Shown here piece after piece: positions 1-10,569 of a stretch of DNA of 64,000 nucleotides. A program made the position numbers and the translations under genes. This DNA is from Williopsis jadinii (Eukaryota). Numbering within the stretch: the stretch's first letter is position 1; each line of letters opens with the position of its first letter. A model generated the notes under the pieces. The model searched no databases, had not been told where the DNA came from, and worked only from the letters and a program-made list of their open reading frames with translations. The DNA lies in contig AP024664.1 in the NCBI GenBank assembly GCA_024346625.1, forward strand, positions 1,116,001-1,180,000, in the 5' to 3' direction.

Positions 1-2454
1 TTCACACACACAACATCCAAGCAAGATGGTGGGTTTGTGAGTCTGAGTATTGTCGCTGACAAATTATGATTTCTTTTGCCGAACACTAATCCGGGGCTTC
101 AGAGTACCAATGTATATGTGCATACAAACTACGCATATATCTCAAGACTCAAAGAAAAAACCTATGTATACCTTTACATTTAGATTGAGGTGCATGTGCC
201 TACATGATACAGGAGAGGACAGGGCCAGCTGCCGATGGAGGTTGCATTGGTTGACGGAATAAGTTGGAGCCGTCTATTGCTTCTTGTTAATAATAAATGA
301 CAGTGTTGGCTCAGCCCTAAGGTAATGTCACTCTGATTCTGCTTACTCGAACGAAGCACATCCAAGACACAGCGCATAACCTATGGTGTAGAGCTTATAA
401 CGAGCCTTCCAATTACATACACTGATATATACATGACCAACAAAGGCGTGAAACGTACGTATACGAGCACGCATTTTGCTTAGTCTCTCACATTCTACTC
501 GAGGTCACAATAGTTTTGCAGCTAAATAGGAATGTCACCTAGATAGCATGACAGAATGCATTCGCCAAGGTTACATATATGTGATCGAAACAAAGAAACG
601 CTTTAAAAGTTTCAAACTTTGCTATTGTTCGTATGTTCTGCTTCGGTGAATTGTCTCCTCTGGAGAAGGTCTAACATTAGTTGTATGATGCAAGAGCAAA
701 GTCTAAATACCCCAAGTAAGACCTCTAAGAAGTTATACTAAATCTAAGGGGGTATTGCCAAACAGAATGGTTATAACAAAGCAGCCTAAATCATTGCTAT
801 GACGATTCAAGAATCTCCTCTAAGATAAAGTGTGGGTAGTGTATGAACTATTATCCCAAGACAACAACATTATCGATACCACAAGCCCTCATCTGCATAG
901 TGTATTAGAACTCTAACCCACACATATGTACTACACATCTCGACATCAATTGAACCAGCACTGAAATTTTCGAGTACACATATACAGCTCGTGCAAATGC
1001 TTGAGAACATTACTTGTCTGGTATGTACTACCATGTCGACCGGATCGCATTCCAGGAATAAAAACGTCTGTCGATTTTGTATGTTTGTAAGTATAACATT
1101 GCAGGGGCGATATTGGGTTAGCGACAAACCTTAACAGATATCTCTGATACATAAATTACAGCCAGCCGGTCTCAATACCAATTTGAGTTCCCGGAGTTTG
1201 ATGTTACTATAGTTGAGAATCCAAATATAGTGTATAAACTCAGTCTATGGCCTCATGTCATGCATCTGTAATTATCCCAAATGTCAGATTTAACTCCAAC
1301 AACAAATATTATCCAACGCCGGAAGCCCCGATAATCGCCTTGTAAGGTCTTCAAAACATTACATCTGGTTCAACTCTCGCATAAGGCGCAATAGATATCT
1401 CTATATTAAGACCCAGGACTATAATGTAAGAATCTCGGTTGGAGGTACTATCATGTGTTATTTACATATGCAAGCAGCTCATATGGAAGTTATGAGATTT
1501 AGCCATTCACGGGCACGAGGGTCCAAAGTGGGCTTAGGAGTCGTGGGAAAACTCGGCTTCCTGGGTGCATGGAAATTGGGGAAATTTTTGGTCCCAGACT
1601 GTGGAATGTTCTGTCGTTGCTTCTATCAATAACAGCACGAAAGTTCGTATGCTCTCGATATGAGGACCTAAATTTGGGCTGTGACCTCAAAAGTTTTTAC
1701 GACTGAGATAGCTAAGTTAATCTGCTCGGTTAGCTGGCGCGCTGAGCTAAATCGTTACGTCATTCTTTGTATACCAATGAACACGCCGATGTCACATCTA
1801 CAGATCTTCGGTCACTCTAACGCGCACTCAAACTGGCCTCACCAGTACTGCCAGTTGGACAATTAGGCCTTCATGACATTAGGCCCGTCAGATAGGTTGA
1901 AAAAAGTTCTACTTTCCTGCGAGTTTCAAGCTTAGTTCAGAGGCCAGAAACAGTTAACGATAAGGTCTACTGCGAAGCAGATTGAATCCGTGTACTTATA
2001 TATTGATACCCTGTACCCTGCCCATTCATATATCTCAGTAAAGCTAACGCCTGAGGCAAAAGGACCAAAATTGCATAATGGAATGAAGTTCATAAAGTTA
2101 ATTCTCATAAACTGAGAGAAGAAGCAGTGTGAAATACACTCATGTCAGTGTATAATACATCAAGGCAGAAGCAAGTAGCAGGAAACTGTGGTCAATCTCG
2201 ATTCTCCCATGGAGTATCGTAACTACAGATCCTTCAATATTTACGTATGGAAAGGGATTCTGCCATGAGATTAGGAGAAACTGCATATCTGCTTGGGCAA
2301 ATCGTATAGCCTACTTGGCCCCGTGTAGGACGGCTTCAGATGGATGTAATCTGGGGACCATAATGGATCTACCAGAAAATTAACTCTACAAATCTGGGTA
2401 TATGACGGAACTGGGATATCTGACGATAATACATTAGCAATTTTATGTCCAATG

Positions 2455-3492
2455 TCAACACTTCAGGCTCTCATCTGCACTCGCTTCCGTATGTCCATCT
2501 TCCTCTTCGATTATCGTCGTGATCGGAGTGGTTGGAACATGAGGTCCATTTGAACCACTAAATATGCTTGACGTTGTTGAGCTCGTAGTTCTGGTTGTGT
2601 TGATTCCACTACTGGAAAGTGATGATACTCTAGTTGGAGATTCAGATTCACAGAATGAAGAACTGACTCGAGATCTGAAGGCTTTTGTCAATGGTGACTC
2701 CTTATTATGGTCAAGATTTGGCTTTCTTAATCTCAAGGTTGGAGACGGCAAGAGTCCGTTTTGTTCATCAATGCCAGTTTGAGTTTCTTTTTCCATTGTA
2801 CTCATGGAGCTTAATGTGAATATATTATCCTCATCATCATCATGAATATCGTACGGGTAATCGCTGGTGTCAAGGGGTAGCTTAGTAGATTTCCTATCAT
2901 TACCAGTATCCTTTAGGGCGGCACATTTGGCGTACTCACTCAGTATCGATTCAGACGATGGTATTATCTTCACAGTTGCAATTTTGGAACCAACCAATTT
3001 CCTTTTCTTCTCTATTGTGGCGGGTATCTGTTTTTCTAATTTGGTCAGCCAGTATATGATCTTCACAAATGTATAGTACGTGAATATCCCCATAAACATG
3101 GACGTTATACACATCAGGTTAACGTACCTTAGCCATTGCACAACAATCTTCAATTCTTCGATACCAAACTCCACGTCAAACAAGCGTTCGAGAGAAGTTT
3201 GAAATAAGAGAGATAGCCAGAAGTTTAAGAATACATGGGCGTTGTACTCCAAGATGTGTATAAGCAACGATATAGGCTCAAATATCACAGTAACTATTGC
3301 TCTGAGCAAGAATGCAATCACTTTTATAAATTTCCAAACTGTGCTGATCAGACCAATCCCTATCGATCGTACTAGAAGTTTACCACTTTGATATACCCAC
3401 AATGGCATTTCTCTGAGTGCCTGAGCCAGCAATGTCGTTGCCCTTACATAAGTCCAGCTTAACCAATCAACAGAGATATCTTTTGCCACCAT
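2455..3492 (-). CDS. LDB16: Putative Ldb16 (seipin-complex partner) homologue; hydrophobic N-terminal half, Ser/Thr-rich tail
   Basis: First ATG is at 3492 (the ORF track starts at an upstream TTG). 'LNFWLSLLFQTSLERL...LRYVNLMCITSMFMGIF' resembles S. cerevisiae Ldb16 'INIPLRLFLGTSLSRL...FQYFAVLCAFGSIIGLIF' as recalled; same overall architecture. Confidence 0.5.
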   Translation of the reverse strand: MVAKDISVDWLSWTYVRATTLLAQALREMPLWVYQSGKLLVRSIGIGLISTVWKFIKVIAFLLRAIVTVIFEPISLLIHILEYNAHVFLNFWLSLLFQTSLERLFDVEFGIEELKIVVQWLRYVNLMCITSMFMGIFTYYTFVKIIYWLTKLEKQIPATIEKKRKLVGSKIATVKIIPSSESILSEYAKCAALKDTGNDRKSTKLPLDTSDYPYDIHDDDEDNIFTLSSMSTMEKETQTGIDEQNGLLPSPTLRLRKPNLDHNKESPLTKAFRSRVSSSFCESESPTRVSSLSSSGINTTRTTSSTTSSIFSGSNGPHVPTTPITTIIEEEDGHTEASADESLKC

Positions 3493-4360
3493 TTTCACCA
3501 ATTGTCTTGTATTTGAGCTATAAGCGTAAGAGAGAGTGATGTTGCTTTCCAATAACGCTTTGGCTGATTAACGCGTATTGACTAGCATCACTCCCCTCGT
3601 TTGTTATTCATCTTTGCCCTAAATCCGGTGCTTTGTTGTTTTCGTTAGGCGCACTATTGGAGCTTCTTGAAGGAGAAATTTTTTCATCTCATTTCCTCTT
3701 CCTTTAACCAACCAAAACAACCAAAACAACCAAACAAGTCAGAGAAACAATGGGAGTTTAAATAGAAAGACCAAGAACGACTTTGGATAAGGGTGTCCAC
3801 GTTGTACTCTGCTTCTATAACACTCCCAAAACACACACAGCCTCTTCTCTCTATATATAGAAACACACAGTTGTATATACATAAGATTTTACACTCCTCT
3901 TTCTGCCCCACATCCTTTTTTTGCTTCCATAGGATAGTGGGTTCTGGTATGGAGAAGAATGAGCCCATTTCAACGTTCTTAGTCCGCCTTTTGATACATC
4001 TAGGGCTTTGTAATTTTGGTGGGATCGTGTCTAGGATCACTTAATTCCCGCGAGGGTCTGTGCTTTCCATCTATTAGGATTGGACAGTGGTGGTTGAGAC
4101 TACATTTATTGTAAATTGTATTCCAATTGGGGTAGATTGTATGGTAGTCTGCTTCTCCTCGTCCAAACATTACGTCTTTTAAGCACTTCCGTTGTTCTTA
4201 AGCGCTGTTCTTGTGGTACAGCGGCAACGAACATCCACACACACAAACTCACGGCGGTAAATATAACAAGGGAAAAAAACGCCAGACCAACAACAACACG
4301 AACCCCCTTTGAGCTTTTTTTAAATTTAGAACACTACCAACGTAAACAAGCCAATTACAA

Positions 4361-5581
4361 ATGACTGCTACGCCAAAGAAGTCCACTGAAGCAGAAGATG
4401 TGTTGGAGTTCTTGAACTCCTTGCCTGAAACTTCTAAAAAAGATGGTGCAAAAACTGACGCCGACATCTTGAACTTCTTGGATGAGCTGGAAGCCAACGA
4501 TAAGTCAGAGGATAAGACGAAAGGGGCGGCTAAGGTTGAGTCTAAAGAAAAGCGCACGGAGGAGGCTCAGAAGGAAGTTCAGGACAAATCAAACGCTGAT
4601 GCCCCACAAGAATCCACAGGGCCAGAGAAGACCACCACGGAGGAACCTCAACAGGACTTTATCGATCCAATAGCCTCAATCTCAAACTGGTGGTCTTCGA
4701 GTGGATCTGCCACTGTTACATCGCTATGGAGCAATGCTCAGCAGCTGACTCAAAAGGCACAAGAGGAAGCTCAAAAACTGGCCAAGGATACAAATATCGA
4801 CGGAAAGTTGAAACAGTTACAGAACTTGCAACTGGATGAGGAGACAAAGAAGAAGATCTTGAATGCACGTGAAGACATTGATCCTTCGAAGGCAATTGGG
4901 TTCTTTACCAAAAATATCACCAGTGTTCTCAACTCGATCTTGGCCACTGATGAGATCTTAAAGATTTCAGTGACCCATGATTTGGAGAACTACAACGTTG
5001 ATTCTCTTGTATCACAGAGCTTTAAAACCGTTATGAAGCAGGTTCAAGGTGGAATTGACATTGAAATAAAGAAGAGTACCGTCAAAGATGACCATGATAA
5101 GCGTAATCTAAACATATTCCAAGGAAAATCCATTGACGGTGAGAAGTTGGCATTTGCTAACATTGAGACCATTATCAAAGCGGATAGCAAAGATGAGACC
5201 AAAGATGAGGACCAGGATGATGAAATTAGATCTTCAAACCTCTATATTTCCATAGTTGCCGTTCAAAACTCGCACAAGGATCAAGAATCAGAAACCACTG
5301 TTATCGATACTGCTTATTCCAACAATTTCTACTTCACTATCATCTTAAAGGATACCACTAATGACATCACTATAATCACCAGATCTCAAGCATTCCCAAT
5401 CAAATGGGCCAAATGGTTGGATGGATCTGTAGAGAAGCAAGATCAAGAAGCTGAGCAAGAGGAACAAGAAGAAGGCGTGGACCCTGCTGAATGGGTCAAG
5501 ACTTGGGTTTACGATGGAATCGGATTAAGTTTAGGAGTGCTGGCCCAGAGTTATGTCGTCAAGAGAATGGGATACGATTGA
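4361..5581 (+). CDS. MTC1: Maintenance of telomere capping protein Mtc1
   Basis: 406-aa ORF with 'DVLEFLNSLP', 'ISNWWS', 'HDLENY' and 'VDPAEWVKTW' motifs; syntenic with NIT2/SPT10/URA2/TRK1 (YJL123C-YJL130C block). Confidence 0.85.
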   Translation: MTATPKKSTEAEDVLEFLNSLPETSKKDGAKTDADILNFLDELEANDKSEDKTKGAAKVESKEKRTEEAQKEVQDKSNADAPQESTGPEKTTTEEPQQDFIDPIASISNWWSSSGSATVTSLWSNAQQLTQKAQEEAQKLAKDTNIDGKLKQLQNLQLDEETKKKILNAREDIDPSKAIGFFTKNITSVLNSILATDEILKISVTHDLENYNVDSLVSQSFKTVMKQVQGGIDIEIKKSTVKDDHDKRNLNIFQGKSIDGEKLAFANIETIIKADSKDETKDEDQDDEIRSSNLYISIVAVQNSHKDQESETTVIDTAYSNNFYFTIILKDTTNDITIITRSQAFPIKWAKWLDGSVEKQDQEAEQEEQEEGVDPAEWVKTWVYDGIGLSLGVLAQSYVVKRMGYD

Positions 5582-5597
5582 AGATTATATAGTTCAA

Positions 5598-6110
5598 TTA
5601 TCGATATGGTTTCAATAGATGTTGTAACGTTTTCGAGTCGTTGGCAATATGACCTTTCTCCCAATCAACAACCAATGGAGGGTTAAAATCACCTTGGTTG
5701 TTCAGTTCAGTAAATTTATCAACGCCCAGCTCCACAGACTGTAACTCTTCCGGTATAACGATCTTACTGTCAGGGTTGACGAAATGTGGAAAAACCTTGG
5801 TGAAAATCTTCAACTGTTCTGAGTCTGATTGTGCAAAGGATTTCAGCAAGTTTAACTGATCATAAGTGGGCAATGCATCACGTATCTCTTCAACCTGGAA
5901 CTTCTCCAATTGTGGTGGTTCGTTCTTCCCCTTGGAGATATATGACCACAGTGAACGTCTCGAGCCTTCTTCCTCTTTCTTAAAATCTGGGTTGGAATGC
6001 GGATTAGCAGCTGATAGCAACGTCTTCAACAGCGGAGTTGAAGGTTTCCCCAAACTGTGGAACAGCGTGATGATACCTGGATTTGATTGAAGCGTTTTAA
6101 ACATTGACAT
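5598..6110 (-). CDS. FMP46: Fmp46-like thioredoxin-fold mitochondrial redox protein
   Basis: ATG at 6110 'MSMFKTLQSNPGIITLFH', 'LPTYDQL' and 'PLVVDWEKG' match Fmp46 (YKR049C, neighbour of TRK2). Confidence 0.75.
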   Translation of the reverse strand: MSMFKTLQSNPGIITLFHSLGKPSTPLLKTLLSAANPHSNPDFKKEEEGSRRSLWSYISKGKNEPPQLEKFQVEEIRDALPTYDQLNLLKSFAQSDSEQLKIFTKVFPHFVNPDSKIVIPEELQSVELGVDKFTELNNQGDFNPPLVVDWEKGHIANDSKTLQHLLKPYR

Positions 6111-7260
6111 ATCTGATACCTGCAAGCAACAGTAAAGTGAACAAGTTGTGTATGGTATTTTTCACCCTTTCTTAAGAAGTTCTCAGAGTTCCCGTTATAC
6201 CCCAAAATTGCAAAGGTTGCTGTGTAACCCCCATTTCTCAACCCAAACCGGATATGTCCCAAAGATTGGAATGTCCTGAAAGTTTTGACGTAGAACATGC
6301 ATATGTCTTGAAAACAGATAATCTCAATTCCCATTGGTGAATACTGATGAAAAGACTACAAAAATAGTAGCACTGGATTCTTGGAATCATTTGTAATATA
6401 GCAGTATAAATTAGTTTGAATCTAAGATAACTTCAATTCCCTTTACCTAAAGGCTTAGCGAATTCAATGAGTTTTAAGGTTGGGTGGGTCATGCGGTTAC
6501 TGTGGTTTCAAACTATCTTCATGTAAAACCTACAGGTCACAGTGTACTTTCTGCCCAAAAACATCCAAACATAACCACTTCACTGTTCAAGTACAACAGC
6601 ACCAGAGTTTGGTTTTGATGAGCACCACTGTTAATAACCCCAATTTGGAAGAAGTTCTTCTCAGCAACAATCAGTTTCACATTACACGGTTAAGCTTAAA
6701 ATCACTATGTGGAATCATTCTCAAGTGATTATTGTTATGATTGAATGAAACGCAGGCACTGTCTGAAAGTGTACTCAGTGTGAATAAGAGTTGGCAAGCT
6801 CATCTTAGTAGTGATGCTGTGTTGCTACACTTGTTGCCACGCTTGTTGCTTAAGGCGTCCACTCACTACGATAAGACTGCCATACTGAGTCTTCAGCATA
6901 CTCAACTAATAAATGAGAACGTACCGTTAAGGATGGTGGTGATCTGTGATCAACCGTAATTATTGAGAACTACAACAAGCTTAGTAATATCCGTAACAGT
7001 AGCTTCATTGTACAATCAAAGTTGAATGCTACATGAAGACATACATGTCAAATTCTACCTAAGCATAGGTTGATTGCGAAAAGTCAGGCGGAAAGAAAAT
7101 CTGCGTATCTCAAAACCTGTACATGCCCTGTTTTTAAGTCATATGTGTCATTTCAATGAAGGAGCCCCTTCTGCTAGCGAAGTAGACTCCCGCTATACCA
7201 ACCCTACGGTCACAAGACAAAACCAATTGAAGAGATATATAAACTATCCATATAAGCGAA

Positions 7261-7872
7261 CTAAAAGTTAACCTTAGCAACGGTCTCAGCAAAGTATTTG
7301 CCCTGAGCAGTAGCAATGTCCAGCTCAAGCTTTGTAGGCTGTCTTGAACCATCACCAGAGGCATAAGTTCCTGCACCCCAAGGAGAACCACCGTGGACCT
7401 CTTCCAGATTGACTTGGAGTTCACCAGCGGCACCGTACCCTAATGGAACAAAGATTATCCCGTGATGAACCAAGGTGGATAAGGAGTTCGAAGCAGTAAC
7501 TTCTTGACCACCTCCTGGAGTACCAGTGGAAACGAATACGCCCGCGTATTTCCCTTGTAGCGCAGCCTTGGCCCAGAGACCACCAGTGGCATCCCAAAAT
7601 GCCTTCCATTGAGCAGGGAAGTTACCGTATCTCGTTGGAATGCCAAACAAGAAGGCATCGTACTTGGTCAATGTTTCATTTGTAGCGATTGGATAATCAG
7701 GTTTAGGTGGTGCATGCATCTTCGTCAGGATCTCATCGCTTAGCGTCTCTGGAACTTGATAAATCGTAGCAGTGGCACCTGTGCTGTCAACACCAGCCTT
7801 GACAGCCTCCGCCATCTTAGCGACGTGTCCGTATAGAGAATAGATTATGATTCCAACGTTCTTAGGAGCCAT
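7261..7872 (-). CDS. PST2: Flavodoxin-like NAD(P)H:quinone oxidoreductase (WrbA family, Pst2/Ycp4-like)
   Basis: 'IIIYSLYGH', '[24 protein letters not shown]', 'GGGQE' and 'HGGSPWGAG' motifs; lacks the Cys-containing C-terminal tail of Ycp4; ATG at 7872. Confidence 0.85.
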   Translation of the reverse strand: MAPKNVGIIIYSLYGHVAKMAEAVKAGVDSTGATATIYQVPETLSDEILTKMHAPPKPDYPIATNETLTKYDAFLFGIPTRYGNFPAQWKAFWDATGGLWAKAALQGKYAGVFVSTGTPGGGQEVTASNSLSTLVHHGIIFVPLGYGAAGELQVNLEEVHGGSPWGAGTYASGDGSRQPTKLELDIATAQGKYFAETVAKVNF

Positions 7873-8188
7873 TGTAGTTGTGCTTTGTAGTGTCAATTGT
7901 TTTGATGTCTCCTTGTTGGTGTTTCTTAGACAAGTTTGGAAATTGGGAAATCAGGAGTGCATTTTATACCGTGTAGTGTCGATGGAATGGCTGGGCTGGC
8001 GTTATAAGACGATGCAAGAAATAATTTAGGGGACCTACAGAGCTGTGGGGTCGCACCACATGTTACTAAAATCTTTGTAATCTGCTCGTAATGCATTGCT
8101 AAGTTTCGATTATCTTATAATTGTCATCATTGGTGACAAATGGTTGTGTAATCAATGTTTAGGAAAACGTGCATTGGCCTGGGCGCAC

Positions 8189-9091
8189 TCAAACGTCATA
8201 CCCAAATACGTCAGGTCTTCTCTGGTTCCATAGTGGCATGTTGGTTCTTACTTTAGTCAAATGCTCTAAATCAATGTCTGCAACGCAAATCGACTCCGCC
8301 TGTGGATCGATATCACTAACTTCGGCTATGATTGTACCCCATGGATCCACAATTATAGTGTGTCCATAGCTGAACCTTGTTGGTGCCTCGATTGCTAATC
8401 CTTGGGCATCACTGTCATCTGTTATACTAGTGACATGGCCACCTGTTTGAGCTGCCATCACAACATAGCACTGTGTATCAATTGCCCTTGAACGTCCCAG
8501 CAGATGCCAATGGGCTGCGCCTGTTCTCTGCGTAAAAGCCGAAGGAAACGATAAGATATCAGCTCCCAATGTTCTCAACCTCAAAGCAATCTCTGGGAAG
8601 CGTAGATCATAGCAGATTGCCAGTCCAACGTTCCCAGCAGGAGAGCTAAACGGTGCCACAACACTATTTCCGGGCTCCACACCTTGAGACTCTTTGATTA
8701 TAGCACCCCCAGGGATCTCAACATCAAACAAATGGACTTTTTGGTACCTGTGGACGATTTCCCCCCTTGGATTGAACCACAATGAGGTGTTCAATACTCG
8801 GTTGCCCTCTTTGGACGGTTCATGGACACCAACGTTAACCTCGAGGTCGACTCCAGCAGTGGATAGCTGTCTCAACTTTGAGGATATGGCCTGGACAAAT
8901 GGTGATTCATCAACGTGTTTGGCCAATTCTTTGGAAAATTCCTGCGATTTAGCTATGTAATCTGAGGCTTCTGGAAGAAATAGCACTTTTGCGTTGGCTT
9001 TAACTGCTCTTTCGATAAGTCTAACGGCCACTTCACCATTCTTCTTAAGCGAAGAGGTAGAGGAGAGCTGTCCGGCTGCTATCAACACCAT
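8189..9091 (-). CDS. NIT2: Nitrilase-family deaminated-glutathione amidase
   Basis: 'FLPEASD', 'YQKVHLFDV' and 'ICYDLRFPE' (Glu-Lys-Cys triad), plus 'AAHWHLLGRSRAIDTQCYV'; near SPT10 as in YJL126W/YJL127C. Confidence 0.92.
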   Translation of the reverse strand: MVLIAAGQLSSTSSLKKNGEVAVRLIERAVKANAKVLFLPEASDYIAKSQEFSKELAKHVDESPFVQAISSKLRQLSTAGVDLEVNVGVHEPSKEGNRVLNTSLWFNPRGEIVHRYQKVHLFDVEIPGGAIIKESQGVEPGNSVVAPFSSPAGNVGLAICYDLRFPEIALRLRTLGADILSFPSAFTQRTGAAHWHLLGRSRAIDTQCYVVMAAQTGGHVTSITDDSDAQGLAIEAPTRFSYGHTIIVDPWGTIIAEVSDIDPQAESICVADIDLEHLTKVRTNMPLWNQRRPDVFGYDV

Positions 9092-9534
9092 TGCTCGCTT
9101 ATGGCTATCGTTGGCTCGTAGCTACCGTTGGTGTCTAGGTTGCACGCTGATGAGGAAACTGTTTTCGTTTAATCTCCAGTTAAAATGTGGATGTGATTAG
9201 TTGCGGAGCTATGGCCGCATTAGGGAATAACGCCCGGTGGTGGAAATGGAGAACACCTCACCATCGGATGGCTCCGTTCTGTATTGATAAGTAATTGAAA
9301 CCCATAGATCATAGCCAGCTTGGTCATCACAAGCCATGTAATTAACTGAAATGACGAGCCAGTGCCAGTACGCCCAGGTTGTAGGGGGAAAATACCCGAC
9401 GTTCATCAACAATGCAGCGTCGGATCACGACAAGTGTATAACAAATGATCAGTAAATTTCGATGTATATCCGTCTCACCTCTCGAATCAGCACAAGTCTT
9501 ACTACTCAGTCCTAAGAACATCTACTGCGACAAT

Positions 9535-10164
9535 ATGGGGCTCTCTGGACCTGAATTGGTTAAAGCTAAGGGTACAATCACGGAGCCTGTCATCCTGACT
9601 CTGAAGGACGGTAGTAAGGCCACTCTTTTACCCTTTTACCATACTGATTTAGACACCCCCAAGCTTCCTTCGAGCCTCGTTGACTTCTTGTATCAAGAGT
9701 TTAACAAGGAGATCGAAAAGGGCGACACCTATCCACAGTTGAACCAACTGACCCGCACCGAATTCACGGATTACTGGTTTGGCGCATTCACTGCGATCCT
9801 GTTCGACGGCACCGATGTCTCCTTGACTCCAACCACCAAATGGGAAGAGGTGGTGCTTGGTACCTACTACATCAAACCAAACTACGTGGGCAGATGCTCC
9901 CACAACTGCAATGCTGGGTTCCTCGTCAACCCACGCTTCAGAGGAAAGAGCATTGGCAAGGCACTGGGCGGCTCGTATCTCAAGTGGGCCCCAATATTGG
10001 GATACACCTACTCCGTGTTCAACCTCGTGTTTGTTACAAACGTTGCAAGCGTGAAGATCTGGGACTCCTTGGGCTTCGATAGAATCGGTTATCTCAAGAA
10101 CGCCGGCATCCTGAAGGGCCACGAGACACCAGTCGATGCCATCCTGTTCGGCAAGGACCTCTGA
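9535..10164 (+). CDS. MPR1: GNAT N-acetyltransferase, Mpr1 (L-azetidine-2-carboxylate acetyltransferase) family
   Basis: Likely start ATG 9535 (209 aa). 'GDTYPQ', 'YYIKPNYVGRCSHNCNAGFLV' and 'YSVFNLVFVTNVASVKIWDSLGF' are Mpr1-family signatures. Confidence 0.85.
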   Translation: MGLSGPELVKAKGTITEPVILTLKDGSKATLLPFYHTDLDTPKLPSSLVDFLYQEFNKEIEKGDTYPQLNQLTRTEFTDYWFGAFTAILFDGTDVSLTPTTKWEEVVLGTYYIKPNYVGRCSHNCNAGFLVNPRFRGKSIGKALGGSYLKWAPILGYTYSVFNLVFVTNVASVKIWDSLGFDRIGYLKNAGILKGHETPVDAILFGKDL

Positions 10165-10569
10165 GCCATTGCAATCTCTAATTAGAATGTATTTGTTATA
10201 TAAACGTTGATGTTGCCTTCCTGTAGCGGGAACCAAAGCTGTTTTGGCGGAAGGGAGGGAAAAAGTTGGCTAAGAGGGCAAAAAAAATGTAAACAAACAG
10301 AAAAGAACACACAAACAGCACAGTGTAAACAAAGCCAGAACAAAAGGGGGTGCCCATAGTGAAGAATACCGTCTTGTTGTCCACGAGTAGTTGCTGCCAA
10401 ACAGATTCACAAGGTGGTGACGTATAATCATCTCTGTTTCATCTCTTCTGTGGCCGTCGCGTTGTATGAAGCGTTCGTTATTGGGACTTATCAACAAACA
10501 CACCATCTGTTTACAGGCTTTCCAATCCACGCCGTCTGAACACCTCGCCCTCTGAACACCTCGCCAACC

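Noticed and set aside
10535..10565. 15-bp direct repeat TCTGAACACCTCGCC just before the SPT10 ATG
   Set aside because: Simple slippage duplication with one intervening base; no element between the copies, so not a target-site duplication.
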